Shown in pieces: positions 49,603 to 61,075 of a stretch of 64,000 nucleotides of DNA. The notes under the pieces were generated by a model that was not told the origin of the DNA, did no database searches, and saw only the letters and a list, made by a program, of their open reading frames with translations. Numbering within the stretch: position 1 is the first letter of the stretch; each line of letters starts with the position of its first letter. This DNA is from an uncultured delta proteobacterium. GTDB lineage: Bacteria; Desulfobacterota; RBG-13-43-22. The stretch is from positions 72,647-136,646 of the forward strand of contig CAVYLJ010000034.1 in the NCBI GenBank assembly GCA_963769305.1, given 5' to 3'. A program made the translations under genes and the position numbers.

Positions 49603-50014
49603 ATAGAATTATAAACCTCATAGCGATCAGGAATCTTTTTCAAATTTCAAATAATATTAACAAGTTTTTTCCTTTCTGTAAACCCCTCTAAGCTCAGGCC
49701 GGCCCTCTTTTACCTCCACCATGAAAGGTTATCCCCTAATTCAATCGTTATCTAAGAGTGAAGGGGGAAGAAAGGACCCATTGACAAAATAGGTTTAATC
49801 CTTATCTTCAAATTAAAGGTTTTTAGGTCGAGCCGATCATAATGCAGGGCCGCGAGCCGGGTGTACGTAAAGTATGCTCGGCTTTTATTTTAAGGAATCC
49901 CCAGGGGATCGATCCTGTTTGGGATTTATGGTCCGAAAAAAGGAGAGGCACGGCCTGGAAATAATACCAGGGCGTGACCCTTGGTTCAAAATATTGTCGT
50001 GGAGGAAAAAGTAA

Positions 50015-50304
50015 TGGGAGAGAAATGGAAAGAAGTCAAAGAGACCTTGTGCTGCCCTTATTGCGGAGAAAGGATGAAAAAATGGGCGGTTCCCCAGGGT
50101 CCTTTTACCGAATGGGATAATGAGTTTATGTATATCTGTTTTAACGATGCCTGCCCTTATATGGTCCGGGGTTGGAAGACTATGGAAAAACAAGGCCTTA
50201 AAGGGATCTCCTATCGGTGCATGTATTATCCGGAAAAAGAAGTCTGTATGCCGGTCCCTATCATGTACCTGGGTGCCCTTAAAGAAAGTATCGTCGAGGA
50301 CTAA
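50015..50304 (+). CDS. Small zinc-ribbon protein (hypothetical)
   Basis: CCPYCGERMKKW...ICFNDACPY Cys pairs. Start uncertain (49981 or 50015). Confidence 0.45.
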
Positions 50305-50390
50305 AGACCGTAGAGGCAAAAGGAAAAGTTTATGATAAGGTAAAACATTAATTTGGGAGGAGGCCTTTCACTGTTATCGAATGTTGCCCT

Positions 50391-51925
50391 ATGGATGCCA
50401 AGCCATTAAAAGAAGATAGCCTTGCTTCTAAACCGGTCCTGGTGACCGGGGCGACAGGATATGTTGGCGGAAGACTGGTTCCCAATCTCTTAAGAGCCGG
50501 CTATAAGGTTCGTGCCCTGGGACGCTCGGCCACTAAATTAAAAGGACGTCCCTGGGCAATCATCCCTCGGTCGAGTTGGCAACCGGGGATGTATTGGACC
50601 AAGAATCCTTAAATAAGGCCCTGGATGGATGCTGGGCCGCCTTCTATCTGGTCCACTCCATGAATGCCGACCCCAAAGGGTATATAAAAACCGACCGGCA
50701 GGCAGCCCAAAATATGGTTGACGCGGCTGCCAGGGCCGATTTAAATCGCATCATCTACCTGGGCGGACTGGGCGGCCGGGGTGATCAGGGACTCAGCCAA
50801 CACCTGCTCTCCAGGCAGGAGGTGGCCCGAATTTTACAATCCGGCCCTGTGCCGACTACTTTTTTGCGGGCCGCCATGATTTTAGGTTCCGGCAGTGCCT
50901 CTTTTGAGATGCTCCGTTATCTTGGGGATCGGTTACCCATCATGCTCGCTCCCCGGTGGGTGAATACTCCGGTCCAACCTATAGCCATCCGAAACGTCTT
51001 GAATTATCTGCAAGGCTGTTTAGAGCATGATGAGGTTTTAGGGCAGACCTTTGATATTTGCGGCCCTGATGTGGTAACCTACCGGAAACTTTTTGAGCTC
51101 TATGCCGAAGAGGCCCACCTTCACAAACGGTTGATCATCCCTGTTCCGATTCTTTCCCCAAGATTTAGTTCTTATTGGATCCATATACTCACCCCAATCC
51201 CTTCTTCCATTGCCAGACCCCTGGCTGAAGGATTGAGCAATCCGGTTACTTGCCAAGACCAGAGGATTCGAGATTTCATCCCTCAAGAATTACTCGACTG
51301 CCGACAAACCATACGCTTGGCCCTGGACCGTGTTGAGCAGCAACGAATCGACACCTGCTGGATGGATGCCGGCGCTGCTTTTCCCCAGGAATGGTACTAT
51401 TGCGGGGATACCCAATATGCCGGCGGGACTATTCTGGAGATGGGCTACCGCATCGGGATTAAGGCCCTTCCGGAAGAGGTCTGGAAACCCATAATACAAA
51501 TCGGGGGCCCGACCGGTTGGTACTACGGTCACCTCCTTTGGAAAATCAGGGGGTGGTTGGACCGCCTGGTCGGGGGTGTCGGGTTCAGGGGAGGAAGGCG
51601 CCACCCGACTGAATTACTGCCCGGAGATGCCCTTGATTTTTGGCGGGTATTGGAAATCGAACCTTCGGTTCATTTAATGTTAGTCGCTGAAATGAAGCTG
51701 CCCGGCGAGGCCCTCCTGGAATTCAAGATCCGGTCTCTTCCGGACGGCAGTACCGAGCTTGAGCAGATCTCCCGCTTTTTACCCCGAGGGTTGGGTGGGA
51801 TTCTCTATTGGTATGTCCTGTATCCTTTTCACCGTTTGCTTTACCCGAACCTTCTTAAGGCCATTGCCAGGGCCATAGGCAAACCGGTGACCAAGGGACC
51901 AGAGCGGATAACCTCTAAAAATTAA
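50391..51925 (+). CDS. NAD(P)-binding SDR/epimerase-like protein with a DUF2867-like C-terminal domain, apparent frameshift near 50570
   Basis: The VLVTGATGYVGGRL Rossmann motif is in ORF 50391..50612. The rest is in ORF 50576..51925. Confidence 0.75.
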
Positions 51926-51976
51926 AGGTGTCAAATTGATGGTGAATCCTAAATAAAAACATTCTTTGGGGAACCA

Positions 51977-52489
51977 TTGGAAACTAAAATTTTGTTGGGC
52001 ATCAGCGCCTGTTTATTGGGGAAAAAGGTCCGGTATGACGGGAAGCATAAAGAAGACCGCTTTATTATCGACACGCTGGGGAAGTTGGTGGAATTTGTTC
52101 CCGTCTGTCCGGAATGGGAATGCGGTCTGGGTGTTCCCCGGGAGGTCATGCGTCTTATGGGCGATCCGGAAGACCCCCGGATGGTTACCATTCATACCAA
52201 GGTGGACCATACCGAGCGGATGAAAGAGTGGTCCCGCCGGCGTCTAACCGCTTTAAACCAATTGAGCCTGGGCGGTTTTATCTTTAAATCCAATTCCCCC
52301 AGTTGCGGACTTGCCGAGGTGGATGTTTATGATGAAAAGGGGATCCCGGCTAAAAAGGGAGTGGGCCTCTTTACCAGGGAATTTTTAACTCGATTCCCTC
52401 AATTGCCGGTAATTGATGAAATCGGGTTTCATGATAAACCGCTTAGAGAAAAGTTCATCGAACAGATGGTCGGGGTCAGCCAGTACTGA
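51977..52489 (+). CDS. DUF523 domain protein (TudS/YbbK-like)
   Basis: LLGISACLLGKKVRYDGKHK and SNSPSCG motifs. Confidence 0.65.
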   Translation: METKILLGISACLLGKKVRYDGKHKEDRFIIDTLGKLVEFVPVCPEWECGLGVPREVMRLMGDPEDPRMVTIHTKVDHTERMKEWSRRRLTALNQLSLGGFIFKSNSPSCGLAEVDVYDEKGIPAKKGVGLFTREFLTRFPQLPVIDEIGFHDKPLREKFIEQMVGVSQY

Positions 52490-52515
52490 ACCCTCAAGTC
52501 CTTAAACGCGACTAA

Positions 52516-52537
52516 CCCTTTTCTAAATAAAAAAGGG
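52516..52537. terminator. Weak A/T-rich hairpin between convergent genes
   Basis: ccctttt (52516..52522) pairs with aaaaggg (52531..52537), with an 8-nt loop. Confidence 0.25.
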
Positions 52538-52554
52538 ATGGAAGCGATTTCAAC

Positions 52555-53430
52555 TTATTTGCTTAAACCTTTGTATAATTCAAAGGCCTCCTTGGGACTG
52601 GCGTTATTATGGACCACGGCCCGTACGGCCTGGATCATGGCCACCGGGGAATCCGATTGAAAGATATTTCTGCCCATGTCCACGCCGGAGGCCCCTTCCT
52701 GAACCGCGCGATAGGCCATGGTCAAGGCATCTAATTCGGGGATCTTCTTACCGCCGGCCATGACGATCGGCACCGGACATGAGGCGGTAACCGTTTCGAA
52801 GCCCTTCTCAATGTAATAGGTTTTTATATATTGGGCGCCCAGTTCGGCGCAGATACGGGTGGCCAGTCTGAAATAACGGGCATCCCGAGCCATATCCTTG
52901 CCCACGGCGGTGACGGCCAGGGTGGGAATTCCGTACCGGGTTCCCTGGTCCACCATTTTGGTCATGTTTATGATGGATTGGCGCTCGTACTCCCCACCGA
53001 TAAATACCTGGACCGCCATGGCGCAGACATTCAACCGGATGGCGTCTTCAATATCCACTGCAATTTCTTCGTTGCTAAGCTCCTTCAAGATGCTGGTTCC
53101 TCCCGACACCCGAAGGACAATGGATGGGGAAAGGGAAGGGGGTATAATACTTCGTAAAATTCCCCTGGTCAGCATTAAGGTGTCCGCATAGGGGGCGATG
53201 GGCAGGATATTGAGGTCAATCCGCTCAAGACCTGTGGTGGGTCCCTGGAAATAGCCATGATCCACGGCCAGCATCACTGTTCGACCTGATTTGGGATTGA
53301 AGATCCGGGCCAGCCGGTTTTTCATCCCCCAATCCAGGGAGTTGGATCCCTTAAGAAAAAATCCTTCGGTCTGCTGGGGAATGTCCGGGCAATATCTTTT
53401 CCCTTCTTTAAGGTCTTCCACATCAGGCAT
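52555..53430 (-). CDS. lsrF: LsrF-like class I aldolase family protein (3-hydroxy-5-phosphonooxypentane-2,4-dione thiolase homologue)
   Basis: From memory of E. coli LsrF, near-colinear similarity runs along the whole length: [93 protein letters not shown]. Confidence 0.8.
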   Translation of the reverse strand: MPDVEDLKEGKRYCPDIPQQTEGFFLKGSNSLDWGMKNRLARIFNPKSGRTVMLAVDHGYFQGPTTGLERIDLNILPIAPYADTLMLTRGILRSIIPPSLSPSIVLRVSGGTSILKELSNEEIAVDIEDAIRLNVCAMAVQVFIGGEYERQSIINMTKMVDQGTRYGIPTLAVTAVGKDMARDARYFRLATRICAELGAQYIKTYYIEKGFETVTASCPVPIVMAGGKKIPELDALTMAYRAVQEGASGVDMGRNIFQSDSPVAMIQAVRAVVHNNASPKEAFELYKGLSK

Positions 53431-53767
53431 GGTAATTCTCCTTTTTTGACTTCCGATGATTGGAGCGTCCTCTTCGAATAGAACTCTTTGATAATATTTA
53501 GCAAGAATACCCTTGGGTTGAAATGAGTATAAGATAAGCCCCAGGTAGGGTCAAGGGGAAAAAAAAGAGTAAGCATTCACACTTGATAACATGGTCTGTG
53601 GATTCGAATGATAGAAGTTCTAAGGGTTTTCTCAGAGGAATTGAGCGAAGGGTGACCACCTGTCCAGAATCCAGGATACCGTTCCGGCCGGAAGGCGGAT
53701 GAGCATGCGCTTTAGAAAAGTTAGAAATAAAGTCTCAGAGTGGTAATATAAGCGCCTAATTATCAAC

Positions 53768-54818
53768 TTATCGCTGCGGCTCGATGATCACCTTGATGGA
53801 TTCCTGGGCCTCGGCCACCATTTGGAACCCTTTGACCGTATCGGCCAGCCCAAGACGATGGGTGATCATCCTTTGAATATTCAACACACCGGCCTCAATC
53901 AATTGCATGGCCCGCCAGTGATCGGCCGGGCTGCCGGCATAAGAAGTGGTCAGGGTAATATCGTTTCGAAAAAACAGGTCGTTTACTGAAATGGGTATGG
54001 TCACCCCTTGATCGGTAGGGGCAAAGAAAAGGACCGTCCCGCCCCGTTCAACCAGGGACAAGGCCTGAAGCTGGGCTGTTTTAGCCCCGGTGCAAAGGAT
54101 TACCAGGTCGGCCAGGCGGCCCTGGTTGATGTCCCGGACGACGGACAGGGGTTAAATCTCCGGCCTTGACGGCCTCATTGGCCCCCAGGTCCTTGGCAGC
54201 CTTTATCCGGTAATCACTTACATCGGTGGCAATGATTTTTCCGGCCCCCAGGGCCCGGGCCAACTCGATGTGGAGAAGACCGGCGATGCCGCTGCCCAAG
54301 ACCAAAACCGTCTGGCCGGGAGAAATCCCGGCGATGCGCTGGGCCCTTAAGACACAGGCCAAGGGCTCGATAAAGGTGGCCGCCTCATAAGACATTTCGT
54401 CGGGTAACAGATAAACCCCCCGGTCCACGTTGATGGGCGGCAGGAGAACGAATTCGGCAAAGCCGCCGGGATAAAAATTGGTCGACCGCAGGGTGTCGCA
54501 AACCGTATGGTGGCCGCTTAAGCAGTAATGGCAGGTATTGCAGGGCACATGATGGGAGGCGGCTACCCGGTCCCCGACCTTATATTTTTTGACTCCGCTC
54601 GCCGACTCAACGATTTGTCCGGCGATCTCGTGACCCAGGACCAAGGGGGCCTTGTGGATCCGGTACCATTCCATGACATCGCTGCCGCAGATCCCGCTGG
54701 CCTCGATCCTGATCAGGACCTCATCAGGACCGACGGCCGGCTTGGGCATTTCTTCGATTCGTATATCCTTGTTGTTGTAATACCTGGCCACGCGCATGAT
54801 CGTTATCCTTGTTACCAT
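53768..54818 (-). CDS. Zinc-dependent medium-chain alcohol/polyol dehydrogenase (sorbitol/threonine dehydrogenase-like), one apparent frameshift near 54150
   Basis: GICGSDV and GHEIAG in ORF 54081..54818. VLGSGIAGL Rossmann motif. The frame continues ...LSVVRDINQGRLADLVILCTGAKTAQLQALSLVERGG into ORF 53768..54061. Confidence 0.85.
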
Positions 54819-55212
54819 CTAATTTTTTCGCCCGATTATATGCTTTTTCATTTTCCGGGGCAAGAGAAACCCATATTCAGTTCCAAGCCCGTCACCCCGG
54901 CAAACCCCGGATCAGAAGCCTGCCCGGATTGATCCGGGTGGCTGGCGCCGGAGACCAGACTTCGTCTCGGGCCGGTATCAACGGGATAAACCGCAACGGA
55001 AATAGTTCCTTGATACCGGATTCCGGTTTTCGCCGAAAGAACGACTTTTTAAGAGGTTAGCCGGGGTCATTATCTCCCGTTAAGCCCGAAGAAGATTTCA
55101 TCAGTTCTCGTATGAGAAAAAATTGATTATTATTTAAGGCCTTGCTATAATTCAACCACATTACCTAATATCCCTTCCAGGCTCTTTTTGGATCAAAAAG
55201 CGAAAAACCCAA

Positions 55213-55494
55213 TTGAAAAATAAGGCGATCAAAGTAAAAATCAATTCAAGTTTTGCCATCGGTCATACGGAGGCCTTTGTCTCCAGGTTTAATAAAAAAG
55301 ACGACATAATCATGGAGCTTGAACCCGGGACAACCGTTTATAACCTGCTGCTCAGGCTTCCTTCCATCGGGGCCCCGGAAAACTGGGCGGACCTTTTTCT
55401 CCATGTCTTTGTCAATCATAAGATGGCCGGTTTCGACCAGGTCCTCGAAGACAATGATGTCATCGATCTCCATATACCGCTTTCCGGGGGGTAG
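55213..55494 (+). CDS. MoaD/ThiS-family ubiquitin-like sulfur-carrier protein ending in Gly-Gly
   Basis: 93-aa ORF ending ...DVIDLHIPLSGG-stop, with a non-ATG (TTG) start. Confidence 0.6.
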   Translation: MKNKAIKVKINSSFAIGHTEAFVSRFNKKDDIIMELEPGTTVYNLLLRLPSIGAPENWADLFLHVFVNHKMAGFDQVLEDNDVIDLHIPLSGG

Positions 55495-55542
55495 TGTGAA
55501 CTCCCAACGGCTTTATCTGTAGGAAATAGGGGTTATAACCAT

Positions 55543-56319
55543 ATGAAAAGCAAAAAATTTGAGGAACCCAAATTACCCCGGTGGACGCTCATCCTTTTTT
55601 GTGTCCTTATGGTCATTGGTTCTGTCACTCAGATTGTTTCAGAATCGAAAGCCGAAACCGGGAGAACCTTTGAGAAGGCTACGGTAAGAGCTGACAAGGC
55701 CACGATATTCTCTCAAATGTCTACGGACAGCAAGGTGGTGACATCCCTGGCAAAGGGAGAAAGGGTGGTCATCAAATTCAAGATAGAAGGATCTGAGGGC
55801 GCCTGGTGTGCCGTCGCCAGACCGGATCAGACCGTGTTCTTGGGCTACGTACAATGCAAACATTTAGCGCCGGAGGAATCGCGGAAGGAGAGCTGGCAGC
55901 TTGTCGGCTCATCGGTCATCAAAACCGGTATCGAGACAACCAAGATTACGGTGGCGCGTAACGCCGTACTGGTCCCGGTAACACTTGCCTATAAAGGCAA
56001 AGAAGTTAACGTTCTGCTTTTGCTGGACACCGGCAGTTCACGAACGATGGTCAGCACTGAAATCGCCGGCCGACTCAACATGAACCTGACCGAAGCAAGA
56101 AAGGGGCGCGTTCAGGTGGTTGGGGGGGCGCTTATCGAGGCCCAGCAGGTTAGATTGGATTATATAACCGTCGGTCCTCATACCAGAAAAGATGTTGAAA
56201 TTCTTGTTGTTGAGCATAACGGTCCTCCCGTAAAGCAGGCCGGACTCCTGGGTATGGATCTCTTGCGCGGGTTGAAATACAACCTGGATCTCGAAAAACA
56301 GATTATCCGGTGGGAGTAA
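55543..56319 (+). CDS. Membrane-anchored SH3-like + retropepsin-like (clan AA) aspartic protease
   Basis: N-terminal TM segment, an SH3b-like ATVRADKATIFSQ...GERVVI region and the catalytic LLLDTGSSRTMVS motif. Confidence 0.7.
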   Translation: MKSKKFEEPKLPRWTLILFCVLMVIGSVTQIVSESKAETGRTFEKATVRADKATIFSQMSTDSKVVTSLAKGERVVIKFKIEGSEGAWCAVARPDQTVFLGYVQCKHLAPEESRKESWQLVGSSVIKTGIETTKITVARNAVLVPVTLAYKGKEVNVLLLLDTGSSRTMVSTEIAGRLNMNLTEARKGRVQVVGGALIEAQQVRLDYITVGPHTRKDVEILVVEHNGPPVKQAGLLGMDLLRGLKYNLDLEKQIIRWE

Positions 56320-56355
56320 TCCCGATTAAACTGTTGATGGCCCGAAAGGAAATGA

Positions 56356-59300
56356 ATGATTATGCCTAAGCGCTTAGAAATAATGCTCAAGCCCGAGGTC
56401 CGGGACCCCGAGGGGGAGACCCTGAAAAAAAAGGCCCGGGAATATCTGGGCCTTAAGGTGGAGGAGGTTCGGACCATCCAGGTCCTGACCTTCGATACCT
56501 CCCTGACCCAAGAGCAACTCGAGGCCGTCCGAAATGAAATTTTTAACAACCCGGTGACCCAGGTCTCCTCATTCCAGCCCCTGGCCCAGGGATTTGATTG
56601 GCTCATCTGGGTGGGCTTACTCCCCGGTGTCAAGGACAACGCCGGAAGCACGGCCGTCGAGGCCATTGAGGCCTTTTTGGAAATAAAGCTTCCTGCTGAA
56701 GAGGGGGTCTATACTTCCCGGCAATATCTGATCAAGGCCCCGCGGATTAAAAAAGAGGCCGTCGAGCGCATTGCCCGGGAACTTTTGGCCAATGATTTGA
56801 TTCAACAATGGAAGGTTTTCCCCAAGTCCGCCTGGGACCCTCAAACGGGAATCGGCTGGTCCATCCCCAAGGTGGTCCTTGCATCATCAGCCCACGGTGA
56901 CCGTCATCCCCATTGATTCCCTGGAGGAGTTTTCCCGGCTTAACCGGGAGCGGTCCTGGGCCTTGCCCATCAATGACATGCCCGTAATCCAGGCCTATTT
57001 TCAAAGACCGGAAGTCCTCGAAGCCAGAAAGCGGGTCGGGCTGGCCCTGCCTACCGATGTGGAATTGGAATTTATTTCCCAGGCCCGCAGCGACCACTGC
57101 AATCACAATACCTTCCGGGGTTTATTTAAATACCTGGACCTGGCGACCCAGGAGCAGGAAGAGATCGACAATCTTTTTAAGACCTGTATCGAAGCCCCGA
57201 CCCTCAAGATACAGCGGGAGAAGGATTGGGTGGTCTCGGTCCTTTGGGATAATGCCGGCGTGGCCCGGTTTGATGAAGATCACTATTATTGCATCACCGC
57301 CGAGACCCACAACAGCCCTTCCAACATGGAACCTTACGGCGGGGCCCTGACCGGGATCGTCGGCGTCTACCGGGACCCCATGGGTACGGGTAAAGGCTCC
57401 CGATTATGCCTGGGAAGTTACGGCTTCTGCGTCGGGCCCAGGGATTATGCCGGTCCCCTTAAGCCCAAGCTCCATCCCCGAAGGCTTTTGGACGGGATCA
57501 TCGAAGGGGTCAAGGACGGGGGAAATAAAAGCGGGATCCCCACCCCCTTCGGCCAGGTCTTTTTTCATCCCGGCTATATCGGCAAGTGCCTGGTCTTCGT
57601 GGCCGCCGTGGGGCTTATGCCGGCCCGGATAAAAGGTGAACCCACGGAATTAAAAAAGACCGAACCGGGAGACCTGATCATCATGTGCGGCGGCCGGGTG
57701 GGCAAAGACGGGATCCACGGGGTTACGGCCTCATCGGAGGTCTACAGCGAGAACACACCGGCCGGGCATGTGCAGATCGGCGACCCTTACACCCAGAAAA
57801 AGATGCACGACTTTCTCATCGAAGCCCGGGATGAAGGGATCATCGCCTATATCACGGATAACGGCGGCGGGGGACTTTCTTCCTCGGTGGGGGAATCGGC
57901 CCGTTTCAGCAACGGCTGCGAGGTCCACCTGGATCAGGTCCCCTTAAAGTATGAAGGGCTCGATCAATGGGAGATTTGGGTTTCCGAGTCCCAGGAACGG
58001 ATGACCGTGGGACTGAAGCCAAAACACTGGGACCGCTTTCAGGTCCTGGCCCGCAAACATAATGTGGAAGCCACGCACATCGGAACCTACACCGATTCCG
58101 GGAAGGTCCACTTGCTTTATAAAGGACAGACCTGTGCCTACGTGGACCTGGATTTTTTAAAATCCGACTTCCCCCAGTGGACCTTTGATGCCGAATGGCA
58201 GCCCCCGGAGGCCCGGGGTCTGTTTGAGCCGGTGATCAAGGAACCGGAAGATTATCTCGGCCTTTTAAAGACCTTATTGGCCAGGCCTAACATCACCTCT
58301 AAAAATTGGATTGTCCGCCAATACGACCATGAAGTCCAGGGAGGAAGTGTTCTGAAACCTTTGGCCGGAAAATATCGGGACATTCCCGGCGATGCCGCGG
58401 TCATCCGGCCCCATCTGGCTTCTTTGCGAGGCCTGTCCTTCACCCAGGCCATCCAACCCACTTACGGGCGGATCGACACCTACGCCATGGTGGCCGCTAC
58501 CATCGATGAGGCCGTCCGCAGGCTATTGGCCGTCGGCGGCGATCTGGAGCAGATCGGCGGAGTGGATAATTTTTGCTGGCCCAGCATCCAATACCACCCC
58601 CGGGAAAACCCCGACGGGAAATACAAGGCCGCTCAGTTGGTGCGGGCCAATTGGGCCTTAAAAGATTGCTGCCTGAGGCTGGACATCCCTCTGCTCTCCG
58701 GGAAAGACAGCATGTACGTGGACGGGTATATTGACGGCCCTTTTGGTGAGGCCCACCGGATCTCCGGCCTGCCCACCTTTCAATTTACGGCCACCAGCAT
58801 TGTCCCCGATGTCCGCCATTGCTGCTCCCTGGATCTTAAAGTTCCCGGAGACCTGATTTATGTTTTGGGGGAAACCCGGGATGAATTGGGCGGTTCGGAA
58901 TACTATGATCTATTGGGTTATGTGGGGCTTAATGTCCCGCGACTGACCTGGAAAAGGGAAAAGGCCCATTATCAATCCCTGCAAAAAGCCATTGAGCAGG
59001 GGCTGGTGGCCTCGTGCCATGGGATCTACCGGGGAGGCCTGGGAGTCCATTTGACTTTGGCGGCCTTGGCCGGCGATTTGGGAATAGAAGTGGATTTGGC
59101 CAAGGTCCCGGTCTCTTCTCCGCTTTCTTCGGACAGGGTCCTTTTTTCCGAATCCTGCGGCCGGGTGATCCTGACCGTGGACCCCCAAAAATCGGAAGAA
59201 ATTTGAAAAGGCCATGGGGGGTTGTCTGATGCAATATGTCGGACGGGTGCGAAAAGATCCGACCTTTTATATCAAAGAGGGAAAGCGGACCTTGATAAAG

Positions 59301-59357
59301 ACCCGCTTGAAAGGCTTAAGGGAGGCCTTTCATCAAACCTATGGAGGTCTGATATGA
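56356..59357 (+). CDS. purL: Phosphoribosylformylglycinamidine synthase, PurS-like N-terminal region fused to PurL, two apparent frameshifts (~56890, ~59200)
   Basis: ORFs 56356..56916 and 56879..59206 overlap. SDHCNHNTF, ETHNSPS and DNGGGGLSS motifs. The C-terminal ...FEKAMGGCLMQYVGRVRKDPTFYIKEG...TYGGLI is recovered in a third frame, with its stop overlapping the purQ ATG. Confidence 0.9.
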
Positions 59358-60198
59358 TGAAGACCCCACGTGCCTTGGTTTTGACCGGATACGGCCTTAA
59401 TTGCGATTTAGAAACCCAGTATGCCTTGACCCTGGCCGGCTTTGTTGCCGACCGGGTGCATATCAGTGAATTGATCAATCCGGAAGCAGGGCAGTCCTCC
59501 CAAGAGCTAAAAAATTATCATCTCCTGGTCATTGACGGGGGTTTTAGCTGGGGCGATGACCATGGGGCCGGGGTCCTTCTGGCCACCCGATTGAAAACCA
59601 AGTTAAAAACCGAACTGGAAGAATTTATTGCCGCCGGTAAACTGATTATCGGGATCTGCAACGGTTTCCAGGCCATGGTCAATCTGGGATTGCTGCCGGG
59701 TTTTCAAGGGCATTATGACCAACGGGAAGTGGCCTTGTTGGCCAATGACTGCGGAAATTTTCGAGACGACTGGGTAAAGATGAGGGGCAATCCCGGATCT
59801 CCCTGCATTTTTACCCAAGGGCATTGAATGGCTGGAATTGCCTGTCCGCCACGGAGAAGGAAAATTTTATGCGCCGGAAGGCACTTTGAATCAACTGCTT
59901 CAAAATAATCAGGTGGCCCTTTCCTATGCCCTGCCTTCCGGGGAGGCAGGCCGAAGGCCGGTTTCCCGATAATCCCAACGGATCATTGTTGGATATCGCC
60001 GGCATCTGCGACCCCACCGGCCGGATTTTCGGGCTCATGCCCCACCCCGAGGGCTCATCACCACTTCACCCAGCATCCCAACTGGACATTGCAGAAAGAA
60101 CTCAAGAAAGCGGGAAGGAAAATCCATTGGAAAATGAAGAGGGGGCGGGGTTGAAAATTTTCCAGAATGCCTATGAGTATCTCGAAAAAACATTCTGA
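59354..60198 (+). CDS. purQ: Phosphoribosylformylglycinamidine synthase glutamine amidotransferase subunit PurQ, several apparent frameshifts
   Basis: [18 protein letters not shown], the catalytic GICNGFQ and LMPHPE motifs are spread over ORFs 59222..59827 and 59926..60198 plus an unlisted frame. Confidence 0.85.
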
Positions 60199-60301
60199 TT
60201 AGAGAAGTCCCTTAGTCCGAATCCAGTTATTTATCCATACTCCTAATCGTTCTTATCCTCTGGCATCACAGGATCTATCAAAGGCAAATTCTTATCAAAC
60301 C

Positions 60302-60926
60302 ATGTTTATCACTTTCGAAGGCATAGAAGGCTCGGGCAAGACCACCCAGATCAAGCGGCTGCACAAGGTTCTTAAGGAACGGGCGATCCCCTGTCTGCTC
60401 ACCCGGGAACCTGGAGCGACCAAAATCGGCCTGCAGATCCGGGCCATTTTGCTCGACCAGAAAAATAAAAAGATGGACCCCAGGGCCGAGTTGTTTCTTT
60501 ATCTGGCCGACCGCTGCCAGCATTTATCCGAAAAAATCCAGCCGGCCTTAACCAAAGGCCAGTGGGTGATATCCGACCGTTTCTGGGATGCCACGGTGGT
60601 CTATCAAGGCATGGCCAGGGGTTTGGACCGGAAAATCCTGAATCAATTGCGCCCCTGGATTCTGGGTTCCCTTTGGCCGGACAAGACCTTTTTGTTGGAC
60701 TTGCCCGGTCTCCATCGGCCTGGCCCGGGCCTGGGAGCGGATCAACGGCTCGGAAGAATCCAAAAAAGGAATCCCGTTTTGAAAAAGAGGCCTAACCTTT
60801 CATGAAAAAATCCGCCAGGGCTATCTGTCCTTGGCCCGCAAAGAACCGGAGCGGATTAAGGTGATCGATGCCACCCTTTCTCCGGATAAAATCCATCAGC
60901 AGATAGTTGAAGTTTTGTTTGATTAA
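60302..60926 (+). CDS. tmk: Thymidylate kinase, apparent frameshift near 60690
   Basis: MFITFEGIEGSGKTTQ P-loop, LTREPG and DRF motifs. The tail ...KIHQQIVEVLFD lies in another frame. Confidence 0.88.
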
Positions 60927-61021
60927 CAGAAAGAGGCCTTATTATATCGGCCTATCGGTCATTCGTTATAAAATGCCAAATATGGGAGTGGAGTTTTAGG
61001 TTTTTGAGGTATAAAAATATA

Positions 61022-61050
61022 TTGACCTGATTACCGGCATCCGGTATAAT
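61022..61050 (+). promoter_or_regulatory. Near-consensus sigma-70 promoter of higBA
   Basis: TTGACC (61022..61027), a 17-nt spacer, then TATAAT (61045..61050), 26 nt upstream of the higB ATG. Confidence 0.6.
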
Positions 61051-61075
61051 TGGATTATCTATTCAGGGGTCCAAA

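Noticed and set aside
53640-53720. SRP (4.5S) RNA-like GCC-GGAA-GGC tetraloop hairpin in the 336-bp spacer
   Set aside because: The flanking sequence does not reproduce the conserved symmetric/asymmetric loop motifs (AGGUC / AGCAGC), and the helix cannot be extended.
54930-54960. Cobalamin riboswitch (B12-box-like GCGCCGGAGACCAG) or ZTP-like GGGTGGCTGGCG string
   Set aside because: Only the short core matches. The other conserved cobalamin elements (GGGAA / GGTG / CCCGC blocks upstream) and the ZTP 3' CCGCCTGGGC pseudoknot partner are not present. It is reported only as a generic structured leader.
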